Assembly: GCA_033763315.1 (NCBI GenBank)
Contig: JANRKS010000034.1
Span: 256,001-320,000 of the forward strand
Direction: 5' to 3'
Length of the DNA: 64,000 nt
Source of the DNA: Deltaproteobacteria bacterium
GTDB lineage: Bacteria > Myxococcota_A > Polyangia > Fen-1088
Shown here: positions 38,687-46,809 of the stretch, in pieces
Layout: every line of letters begins with the position of its first letter
Numbering within the stretch: the stretch's first letter is position 1
Notes under the pieces: model-generated
The model's input: only the letters and a program-made list of their open reading frames with translations
The model's database searches: none
Told to the model about the DNA's origin: nothing
Made by a program: the position numbers and the translations under genes

Positions 38687-40375
38687 TCACTCGAACTTGA
38701 TTCCGCTGGTCGAGGACGGGTCAATGACGAAGCGGCCGACGGAAATGGCATTCTGCGCTGTGATGCGAACGCCCCCAACGGTCATGTTGCTGATGGTCAC
38801 GTTTTCTACGCGGCCACCGTTGTCGCCGCGAATCACGTTCTCTATGCCTTTGCCGGAAAGGTCGCCACCCAAAGCCTCGACAGATAACCCGCGAATGGTC
38901 ATGCCACGGATCGTCTGACCTTTTGGCGAAAACAATCCCACGGCGCGCAGTGTGGTGCCCTCCATCCGGATGTTCTCGAACACGCTGTCAGCCAGCACGC
39001 CTGTGCCCTTAATCTCAACCGTGTTGTCCCAGTGATAATTGATACCGCCATTGTTGGTGTTCGCGCTCCAAATCCATTCGGAATGGATGACGTCGATGTC
39101 AGATGCGCGCAGGCCACTGATGTTTTTCATCCACCATCCCAACTGGATGACAGGTCCGTTGTGCATGTGCCACGCAACACAGCGGCGCACGGTGCCGCGG
39201 CTCCAATACATTTTGAACATGTCATCGTTAGATTGCACGAAGCAGTCTTCGACGATGGAGCCCTCGCCAATGTCTGGGCCATCGGAGTTCCAACGCCAGT
39301 TTCCTAACATCTTGAAGTTTCGCATTTGCATGCGTAGGCCGTCTGACTGAAAGTTCCAATAAGGGGCTTCAACGATCGTGACACCATCAATGACGACGTC
39401 GGGCACGTCTTTGATCTCAAACATTTTGATGCACGTGTCCCAACACTCTCCTGTTTGGTGGAGCAGCGTTTTTTTTGCCGCCCGCCAGACAAATTTCTTA
39501 CCAGAAAGCACCCCACGACCCGTGAGATGAAAGCGGGGCCGTGGCGACACCGATAGCGCTCCATACACCACGGCGCCCCCGGCCACATACACGTGCTCAA
39601 TGCCAGCGGGCACAATCCACTCCGAAACGTCATGTGCGCCGGGGCGAAAATGCACAGCACGGGTGCCGGCCGGAGGCGCAAAGTTTGTACCCGGAGTGGG
39701 GGCATACACGCCCACGCCCTGCAGAGGAACAATGGTGGAAGCACCTTCAGGCGGATCCGCGAACAACAACAATGCATTCGTGGTCTTGCCGTCGAATTCG
39801 ACCGATAATTTCGAACCTGGCTTGCTAATCGGAATACGCAACGTGCGTTGATCGATCCTCTTTGCCACGACACCAGCGCTTAGCGGACGGACAACGACGG
39901 TGTTGAAAGTTCCCGTTTTCAGCGTCACCTCAACCTCCACCGGCTCGGACATATTGAACGTCACCCAATCCATGGATCGCCGGGGCGTGCGGTGCTCGTT
40001 GCTACCGTCATCTTCGGGATAGGGCTTCTCGGGGGCCACAGAGCGGTAAACAAATGCGGCAAGACGCTGTCCGTCCGCAAGCACGTGCACATCAAAAAGC
40101 GGCGATCCAGCCACATCGGGCGGCGCGGGGTAAACCTGTGTCGTTGCGGGCAGCACAGCGTCCGCGACGCCGCTATCGAAAGACGTTTGTTCCATGGCAT
40201 CGCGCAGGAGCGTGGTGCTCGATGCGTCAGGCTTGGGCGTGAAAGAGGCTGCATCCGCAAACGGCGATGGAACTCCCTCGCCTGCTTGCGGACGTGGCAT
40301 GGGTTCGCATCCGATGAGGAAAGCCAAGGCCCCCCACACCCAAGCGGGGGATTTGTTCGTGAACGGCACGGCCAT
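38687..40375 (-). CDS. GH49-like (dextranase/isopullulanase) beta-helix glycosidase lipoprotein
   Basis: Lipobox LIGC; MDWVTF, LLLFADP, VYVAGGAVVYG, WNSDG, NDDMFKMY, NGPVIQLGW. Confidence 0.75.
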   Translation of the reverse strand: MAVPFTNKSPAWVWGALAFLIGCEPMPRPQAGEGVPSPFADAASFTPKPDASSTTLLRDAMEQTSFDSGVADAVLPATTQVYPAPPDVAGSPLFDVHVLADGQRLAAFVYRSVAPEKPYPEDDGSNEHRTPRRSMDWVTFNMSEPVEVEVTLKTGTFNTVVVRPLSAGVVAKRIDQRTLRIPISKPGSKLSVEFDGKTTNALLLFADPPEGASTIVPLQGVGVYAPTPGTNFAPPAGTRAVHFRPGAHDVSEWIVPAGIEHVYVAGGAVVYGALSVSPRPRFHLTGRGVLSGKKFVWRAAKKTLLHQTGECWDTCIKMFEIKDVPDVVIDGVTIVEAPYWNFQSDGLRMQMRNFKMLGNWRWNSDGPDIGEGSIVEDCFVQSNDDMFKMYWSRGTVRRCVAWHMHNGPVIQLGWWMKNISGLRASDIDVIHSEWIWSANTNNGGINYHWDNTVEIKGTGVLADSVFENIRMEGTTLRAVGLFSPKGQTIRGMTIRGLSVEALGGDLSGKGIENVIRGDNGGRVENVTISNMTVGGVRITAQNAISVGRFVIDPSSTSGIKFE

Positions 40376-40385
40376 GACTGGGTGT

Positions 40386-40414
40386 AGTGGCCGCTTTGCT
40401 CCCAAACGGCTCGC
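40386..40414 (-). promoter_or_regulatory. Putative ECF promoter of the GH49-like gene
   Basis: GCGAGCCG-N15-GCCACT on the minus strand, 11 nt before ATG 40375. Confidence 0.6.
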
Positions 40415-40491
40415 TCCGCTCGTGATTTTCGAGAAGACCAAACGCGTACCCTGCCAAGAAACGCCCATCAGACCGTTCTCAGCCGTCAACG

Positions 40492-40523
40492 CCGAAGAGC
40501 CGACCTTATGGCCGGCTCTTCGG
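40492..40523. terminator. 11-bp perfect inverted repeat (terminator-like hairpin)
   Basis: CCGAAGAGCCG-N10-CGGCTCTTCGG; no clear U-tract. Confidence 0.45.
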
Positions 40524-40640
40524 GGGCTCTTTGTGGGGCTTATGTTTCGAGGACCAGGTCGTCAATGCAGTTGCCCGTGGGGCCACTGATCTCGACCTTA
40601 AGCAGGTTGCCCCAGCCTAGATTGACAGCCGTGCCCGTGG

Positions 40641-41178
40641 TTGACGGTGAATAGACCGTTTGCAAGCGATGTCATACCGCCCGCCGGCGTCCACGCGTTC
40701 TTCCGGCCACGCCATTTGCGGGTCACCAACGTTTACTATTTGGTGGACTGGCTGGCGCCAGACTTACGCTTGCTGTTCGGACAAGCGGGTCTGCTGCCGC
40801 TGTTTGCAGCACAGCCTCTGTTTGAGCGGGGCCAGCTTGCCGCTCCGCGGACTGCACGAATCGTCAAGCTCAGTGACTCCGAATGCAACCTCGTGAACGC
40901 GGAACTTTCAGCCATCCACGCCGAGAACGCGCGCCAGGCACCGTCGGGCATTTTTCTAAAGTCAGCGTTGCTCAAAGGCGCTTGTCACGTTGAGCCGTGC
41001 CATCGTTGGCGCCACGGGATCCCTCGAAGGTGTCACGCTGCCGCGTCCCATCTGGCAGGTGATCGATACGATTGAGGAATGGCTGGCTTCGGGATCTCCG
41101 TTTTCTGCCTCGGCCCTTGCCGAGATCACCGCGGGGCCGTTACGTTGGGGGCCGGCGTTAGGCTTGCGCCGACGTTAG
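40641..41178 (+). pseudogene. Decayed AraC-family regulator fragment
   Basis: VIPPAGVHAF...VTNVYYL...FLKSALLK, then a frameshift into LSRA...IWQVIDTIEE...SASALAEITAG; both ends missing. Confidence 0.55.
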
Positions 41179-41541
41179 GGCTGCAGCTTGTTGAGTGTGT
41201 AGTCGGCCGTTGTGTGCACCAACGTTTGATGTTGGGCGTCTCTGACCCCGGGCATTTTGAACTCGAACAACCTGGAGGCCTTGAGATCAGATAGCTCCAA
41301 AGACACGCGCCGGCGATCAGCGGCCACACGTGCGGCCAGCACTTTCACCGGCGTATGCCCTTGCGAGGAAACGCCATACGTCTTCGAGTACGGATAGAAA
41401 AAAGTGCTGCACGCCATAAGCTGCCACGTCCGCTGCCGTGTTGACATCCACATCCTTGGTGAAGATCAAATCAAATCCTCGCTTGGTGAGCTCGATGTGA
41501 TGAACCTCGAACGGCACCTTTCCGGTCCAGCTCAGCTTCAT
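41175..41541 (-). pseudogene. Frameshifted C-terminal fragment of a large secreted dehydrogenase-like protein
   Basis: WTGKVPFEV...GFDLIFTK...QHFF joins YPYSKTYG...ADYTLNKL if one T is removed from the T6 run (A6 at 41398-41403 on +). Confidence 0.65.
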
Positions 41542-41583
41542 GGGTCTTTCGTCCCTTGCGAATCCGGTGTTTCCGCGAGCGTC

Positions 41584-42378
41584 TTAGACGCTGTATCCGA
41601 GCCGCGCCAATGTGCTTCGATCCGGCTTTTGCCCGGCCAATTGCCCACCATCGGCCGTCAAACACGCACCGGTCACAAATGAAGCGTCGTCGCTTGCCAA
41701 GAACAAGAACAAAGGTGCGATCTCCTCAGGGCGCGCGACGCGTTCTTGTGGAATGTAACGTTCTGCAAAAGCCGTAGTGACTTCAGCGCTATCCAGTTCC
41801 GCGGCCAACGGCGTTGCTACATAGCCAGGGCACACCGCATTGACGCGAATGCCGAACGCGGCCAGTTCAAGCGCCATCGTCTTGGTGAGCAACACCAAGC
41901 CGGCTTTGCTGGCGTTGTAGTGTGCGTAACCCGATTCGCCGTCGAGACCGTTCTTCGAGGCCATGTGAACGATCGCGCCACGTCGACGAACAACCATCTT
42001 TCGCGCCACCGCCTGAGCCACGAAGAATGCGCCCGTCAAGTTGACGTCGATGATCCTTCGCCACTCCTCTTCTTCGATGTTGAGAAAGCCTGTCTCGTAA
42101 GCGATCCCCGCATTGTTCACGAGCACATCGATGGGCGCGTCATCGTCGGCAGCGTGCACGGCCGCAATCACATCCGAACGCTTGGTCACATCCACAACCA
42201 CACCTGTGACGTCGGTGCCCCCGGCTTGCAAGCTGGAAATGGCCTGGGCCAGGTCGTCCTCACGCCGGTCAAGCAAACGCAGCCGCGCGCCTTCACGCGC
42301 GAATTGCCGCGCGATTTCAAAGCCGATGCCACGCGCGGCGCCCGTGATGATGACGTGTTTGTTTTGAAACCTTGCCAT
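41584..42378 (-). CDS. SDR family NAD(P)-dependent oxidoreductase
   Basis: TGAARGIG, NNAG, YNASK, NAVCPG, DGG. Confidence 0.95.
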   Translation of the reverse strand: MARFQNKHVIITGAARGIGFEIARQFAREGARLRLLDRREDDLAQAISSLQAGGTDVTGVVVDVTKRSDVIAAVHAADDDAPIDVLVNNAGIAYETGFLNIEEEEWRRIIDVNLTGAFFVAQAVARKMVVRRRGAIVHMASKNGLDGESGYAHYNASKAGLVLLTKTMALELAAFGIRVNAVCPGYVATPLAAELDSAEVTTAFAERYIPQERVARPEEIAPLFLFLASDDASFVTGACLTADGGQLAGQKPDRSTLARLGYSV

Positions 42379-42385
42379 GGACCTG

Positions 42386-43036
42386 TCAAAACACGCCGTA
42401 CTTGGCCCACACGTCGCGTATGCGCATCCCGCTGAGGAGATCGTGGCGTGCCCCGTCTTCAAGTTTTCGTTTGCTCTTCACGAGTTCCGCCGCGTCGCGC
42501 ACGGCCGCGCGTGGAACCACCACAATGCCGTCTATATCAGCGACAACCAGATCACCTGGCGTGACTAGCACGCCCCCGACCTGCGCCATGGTTCCGTGTT
42601 CGGTCACGATGGCCCGGGCGTACGTGTCAAGCGGCGTACAGCCACGCGCGAAGGTGGGAAAGCCAAGCTGGTGGATCTGCCGCGCGTCCCGCACCAGCCC
42701 ATCAACGATGGCGCCGCGGGCACCACGACCGATTGCGCCGCAGGAAAACAATTCCCCCCACGAGGCCACCCGCAGACCTGGTTCGACGACGAACAGCGGA
42801 ACATCGCCGGGCGCTAAACCGTCAAGCGCGTTCATCTCGCCGTCGTAAGGCCGTTCCGGTTCACGGCTATCACCGATCACTAGTACTGGTCGCGCCCAGC
42901 CAATCACAACCGCTTCATCCCAAAGCGGTCGAATCGCCGGATCCATCGCTCGTTCAGGTTGTCGCAGCCCCAACTTATCAAGCGCATCGGAGACGATGGC
43001 CGATGTGGCGCCGCGGAATTCCTCAAGCAGGTCCAT
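42386..43036 (-). CDS. RraA/HMG-CHA aldolase family protein
   Basis: VSDALD, WGEL, DGLVRD, PGDLVVADIDGIVVVP. Confidence 0.9.
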   Translation of the reverse strand: MDLLEEFRGATSAIVSDALDKLGLRQPERAMDPAIRPLWDEAVVIGWARPVLVIGDSREPERPYDGEMNALDGLAPGDVPLFVVEPGLRVASWGELFSCGAIGRGARGAIVDGLVRDARQIHQLGFPTFARGCTPLDTYARAIVTEHGTMAQVGGVLVTPGDLVVADIDGIVVVPRAAVRDAAELVKSKRKLEDGARHDLLSGMRIRDVWAKYGVF

Positions 43037-43037
43037 G

Positions 43038-44807
43038 TCAGTCTCCAAGCATCCAGCCACTGATGAGCCCGCGTGGCAATTCAGGCTCACGTTCGCCTGG
43101 CAGTTTGCGTAGCACGTCTAGATCGGCTCCCTCGTGCGCTTGCAACACGTGCCCGAGAAACAGTGATTCATACCCGCGGCGGTAAGCCGGTGGGTGCTTG
43201 GGCCGTGCCGCCAAACGGCGTGCAATTTCTTCGGGCGGCACTTCCAGATTTAAAGTCCCCGCTTCGACATCCAGCGCAATCATGTCGCCCGTTTGAACCG
43301 CAGCGATCGGACCACCCACCGCGGCTTCGGGCGAAACGTGCACGATCATCAAGCCATGCGAGCCGCCGCTGATCCGCGCGTCGGATAGGCGGATCATGTC
43401 CTCGACGCCCATGGCGCGCAGTTTGCCAGGCACGGGAATGTGTCCCCATTCCGGCATGCCGGGGCCGCCTACGGGCCCACCGTTCTTCAGAACAATGATG
43501 CTGTCCGGTGTGACTTCAAGATCTGGATCGTCCAGGCGGCGGTTTAAGTCCTCAACGTGCTCGAACACCAAGGCAGGCCCTGTGTGCTTAAACAAGCGTG
43601 GATCGGCCGCGCTACGCTTCACCACCGCGCCCGATGGCGCCAGCGATCCGCGCAGCACCGCGATCCCCGACACCGACGAGACCGGGTTGCTTCTGGGGCG
43701 GATGACATCGTGATCCAGTGACTTTCGCCCCGCGATGTTCTCTCGCACCGTTTGGCCGGTGATTGTTGGCAGATCCAGATGCAACAGATCTCCCATCTCC
43801 GCCATCAAGGCGGGGACGCCACCGGCGTGAAAGAAGGGCTCCAGCAAATGTTCGCCCGAGGGCCGCAGGTTCGCCAACACGGGGATGTGGGACGCGGCAC
43901 CAAAGTCGTCGAGCGTAATATCAAGACCAAGACGGCCGGCGAGCGCCAACAGATGGACCACCGCATTCGTGGAGCCGCCCACGGCCATCAGCACGCGGAT
44001 CGCGTTCTCGAAGGCGGGTTTTGTCAAAAGCTCGCTGGGCTTGGGCCCGCCGCGGGCGCCGATCTGCACCGCCAACCGCCCCGTGCGTTCAGCAAGCACC
44101 TGGCGGCGGGCGTCGACGGCCGGAATCGATGCGTTGTCGGTCAGCGTGATCCCAAGCGCCTCACCCACCACGGCCATCGACATCGCGGTGGCCATCTCCA
44201 TGCAATACCCCTGACTGCGGCACAAACTTCCCTCGAACTCGCGGTATTCGGCAACCGACATACGCCCAAGCCGCACTTCGTAGCTGTAGTGCCAAAAGTC
44301 GGTTCCCGAGCCCGCGGGCTTGCCGCGAAAGTGGCCGCTGATCTGAGGCCCGCCGGTGAGCAGTATCGTGGGAACGTCGGCGCTGGCCGCCCCCATGAGT
44401 ACCGCTGGCGTTGTCTTGTCGCAGCTCGAAAGCAACACCACCGCATCCAGTGGATGCGACTTGATCATCGATTCCACATCCATGGAAGCGAGGTTGCGAT
44501 ACATCATGGCGTTGGGTTTCATGAGCGTTTCAGATAACGACAACACAGGAAACTCAAGCGGCATGCCGCCGGCTTGAAGGACGCCGCGCTTCACCGATTC
44601 TGCAAGCGTTCGCAAGTGAACGTTGCAACCAACCAGTTCGCTCCACGTGTTGCAGATTCCGATGACGGGTCGATCGCGCAACGCTTCGTCTGAGAAGCCA
44701 TTGGGCTTGAGCCATGCGCGGTGGTTGAACGCGTTGATGTCCTCGCCGGCAAACCAGTGCGAGCTGCGCAGTTTTCGAGGCTTTCCGTCATCATCATTGG
44801 TGGCCAT
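43038..44807 (-). CDS. IlvD/Edd-family sugar-acid dehydratase
   Basis: CNVHL, RNLASMDVE, CDKT, GGSTN, GGPGMPEWG, SDARISG. Confidence 0.92.
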   Translation of the reverse strand: MATNDDDGKPRKLRSSHWFAGEDINAFNHRAWLKPNGFSDEALRDRPVIGICNTWSELVGCNVHLRTLAESVKRGVLQAGGMPLEFPVLSLSETLMKPNAMMYRNLASMDVESMIKSHPLDAVVLLSSCDKTTPAVLMGAASADVPTILLTGGPQISGHFRGKPAGSGTDFWHYSYEVRLGRMSVAEYREFEGSLCRSQGYCMEMATAMSMAVVGEALGITLTDNASIPAVDARRQVLAERTGRLAVQIGARGGPKPSELLTKPAFENAIRVLMAVGGSTNAVVHLLALAGRLGLDITLDDFGAASHIPVLANLRPSGEHLLEPFFHAGGVPALMAEMGDLLHLDLPTITGQTVRENIAGRKSLDHDVIRPRSNPVSSVSGIAVLRGSLAPSGAVVKRSAADPRLFKHTGPALVFEHVEDLNRRLDDPDLEVTPDSIIVLKNGGPVGGPGMPEWGHIPVPGKLRAMGVEDMIRLSDARISGGSHGLMIVHVSPEAAVGGPIAAVQTGDMIALDVEAGTLNLEVPPEEIARRLAARPKHPPAYRRGYESLFLGHVLQAHEGADLDVLRKLPGEREPELPRGLISGWMLGD

Positions 44808-44826
44808 GATTGATCCTGTCAACAAC

Positions 44827-44840
44827 CGTACAGCTGTACG
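44827..44840. promoter_or_regulatory. Palindromic operator CGTAC-N4-GTACG (copy 1)
   Basis: CGTACAGCTGTACG, about 20 nt upstream of the dehydratase ATG. Confidence 0.7.
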
Positions 44841-44841
44841 A

Positions 44842-45786
44842 TTAGCGATTTATACCACCGGTTCTGTCGGGATCAACGACTTGAGCGTCAGAATCGGCAG
44901 AAGGGGATGGCTCGATGGCAAGCGCTGCACCCGCCGCGAGCGATAAGGCGATCGCCAGCGCCTTGTAGGCCGAGAGGCTTTCGTTGATGCTCGGCCAGCA
45001 CACCGATAGCACCACCGTGACTGCAGGATAAAGTGCTGTCACGGCGGTGACGACGGCCGCTTTTCCACGTCGATAGGCTTCAAAGGACGTCCATAAACCC
45101 AGGCCCATCAAAAGGCCGTAGACGAACGCCAAGACCCAGAATGGGCCGCGAGGTGGCAGGTCCGCTGGTTGCACAGCGGTTAAACTCAAAGTTGCGCCCA
45201 CAAAGCCCATTGACCATCCTGTAAGCGCGGCTGATGCGGGGCCGTGTTTTGTTGCCACCTTCATCGATAGCCCGCTTGCGCCGAAAATGAGAAACGCCAG
45301 CGCCGCATAGGGGATCCACGCAACGATGGGACCCGACGTGGGGGAGGCGCCCTCCGCTCCGAACGCCGCCACCGCCGCGCCAAACAACAGAAAACCGACC
45401 TTCTGAACGGCGCCCAACTTCTCACGAAGAACGAGGCGAGCGCCCAGCGCGGTGACCAAGGGGTACATCGCGCACAAAGGCGTGACGAGCGACCCTTCCC
45501 CTCCAAGCGCAAACGCGTGCAGGATGGCCAAGGTGCCAAGCGCGCCCCCAAGGCCCGTGAATAATGCCCAAAGCACGCCGCCCCGGGGTGCGTGCCGAAT
45601 GCCACGGATCCCTCCTGTGACAAGCAGTGCCGTCAACAAACCCGGAAGCGCCGCCAGCTGCACGGCCAGCGGATCGGTGGGTGCGAGAGCAGGCAGCTTC
45701 GGCAACATCTGCCAAATGCCAAAAAGTCCCACCGTGGCCAGGGCATACGCCAACCAGGCCCGGTTGCGAACGGGGACGAATTTCAC
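44842..45786 (-). CDS. EamA/DMT family transporter
   Basis: About 10 TM helices, two EamA repeats (LVTPLCAMYPLVT...LREKL; VVTAVTALYPAVT); GTG start after GGGAGA. Confidence 0.85.
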   Translation of the reverse strand: MKFVPVRNRAWLAYALATVGLFGIWQMLPKLPALAPTDPLAVQLAALPGLLTALLVTGGIRGIRHAPRGGVLWALFTGLGGALGTLAILHAFALGGEGSLVTPLCAMYPLVTALGARLVLREKLGAVQKVGFLLFGAAVAAFGAEGASPTSGPIVAWIPYAALAFLIFGASGLSMKVATKHGPASAALTGWSMGFVGATLSLTAVQPADLPPRGPFWVLAFVYGLLMGLGLWTSFEAYRRGKAAVVTAVTALYPAVTVVLSVCWPSINESLSAYKALAIALSLAAGAALAIEPSPSADSDAQVVDPDRTGGINR

Positions 45787-45817
45787 CAGCGTTGTCTCCC
45801 GGTAGGTGCGGTCACTA

Positions 45818-45833
45818 TCGTACGATAGTACGA
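45818..45833. promoter_or_regulatory. Palindromic operator TCGTAC-N4-GTACGA (copy 2)
   Basis: TCGTACGATAGTACGA in the 59-nt divergent gap between EamA and the lactonase. Confidence 0.7.
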
Positions 45834-45845
45834 TTGGAGCCAGCG

Positions 45846-46778
45846 ATGACAAGCGCATTTCAAATTGTGGCGCAAACGGATGACCTTTGCGGCGAAGCGC
45901 CGGTGTGGGTCGATGAGCGCGAAAGCCTCGTATGGGTGGATCAGGGACGCAAGCTGGTGCGAGACCTTGCGGGTGGCACACCGAAGGTGATCGTTCGCGG
46001 TTTTGCGGCGGGAGGCATTGTGCCGGTGCAAGATGGATCGCTGCTTCTGGCGGGGCCGGATGGACTGGCGCGGCTCTCCTTGGGTGGTGTCTTCAAAAGG
46101 TTACCGCTTGATCCGCTTGGCGCGGGGTGCTGCCTAAACGACGTCTGCGTAGGGCCGGATGGCGAGCTGCTGGCCGGCGTGATGGCGCTGCGGCCGGATG
46201 GCACGGACGTAAGTCGAGCGGGGGCCCTGGTCCGCATTGAGAACAGCGGTCGGGTCCAGACACTGGATAATGATGTGATGCTTCCCAACGGTATGGCCAT
46301 GTCGGCCGATGGCCGATGGCTTTACGTTGTGGATTCGGCCCGGCGCGCGGTGTTTCGTTATGCGAGCGATGAATTGCGTGGTTCGTCTGTTAGCCGCAGC
46401 GTCTTGTGTGTTCTGAGCGCAGACGATGGCGTTCCCGATGGTCTCGCGGTGGACGCGGCGGGCAACGTGTGGCTTGCTCTGTGGTACGGAGGGCAGGTTG
46501 TTCGTGTGTCGCCGCGCGGCGAGGTCGATCTGCGCGTGCATTTGCCCTTCGCTCAGATCTCAAGCCTTGCTTTTGGTGGGCGTGATCGTTGCGACCTCTA
46601 CGTGACCACGGCCGCAGAGCCTTGGCACAGCGTGTTCGCGCCATCTCAATGGTCGGCTCTGGCGCCGCAAGGCGGTTCCCTCTTGCGGTTGCGGTGTGAC
46701 GTGCCAGGCGCTCCCGTGATCCGCAGCCGCTGGGCCTTTGGGCCCATGGTTGACTCCCCTCGAAATGACCTATCGTAG
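45846..46778 (+). CDS. SMP-30/gluconolactonase family protein
   Basis: CGEAPVW, LND, PNGMA, PDGLAVD, AFGG...LYVTTA. Confidence 0.92.
   Translation: MTSAFQIVAQTDDLCGEAPVWVDERESLVWVDQGRKLVRDLAGGTPKVIVRGFAAGGIVPVQDGSLLLAGPDGLARLSLGGVFKRLPLDPLGAGCCLNDVCVGPDGELLAGVMALRPDGTDVSRAGALVRIENSGRVQTLDNDVMLPNGMAMSADGRWLYVVDSARRAVFRYASDELRGSSVSRSVLCVLSADDGVPDGLAVDAAGNVWLALWYGGQVVRVSPRGEVDLRVHLPFAQISSLAFGGRDRCDLYVTTAAEPWHSVFAPSQWSALAPQGGSLLRLRCDVPGAPVIRSRWAFGPMVDSPRNDLS
46732..46748 (+). promoter_or_regulatory. Putative NarL/DosR-type box upstream of DUF1592 pair 3
   Basis: GGGCCTTTGGGCCC-ATG, about 65 nt before ATG 46810; lies inside the 3' end of the lactonase gene. Confidence 0.45.
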
Positions 46779-46809
46779 TGACAACTCAGACGCCAAAGGA
46801 GTTCAGGCG

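Noticed and set aside
40535-40614. tRNA-sized segment with GGGGC...GCCCCA ends
   Set aside because: No T-loop or cloverleaf, so not called tRNA or tmRNA; retained only as a generic structured element.
41539-41586. Downstream fragment is in frame with the SDR stop codon (possible readthrough)
   Set aside because: One-in-three chance coincidence; the stop is TAA and the SDR is complete.
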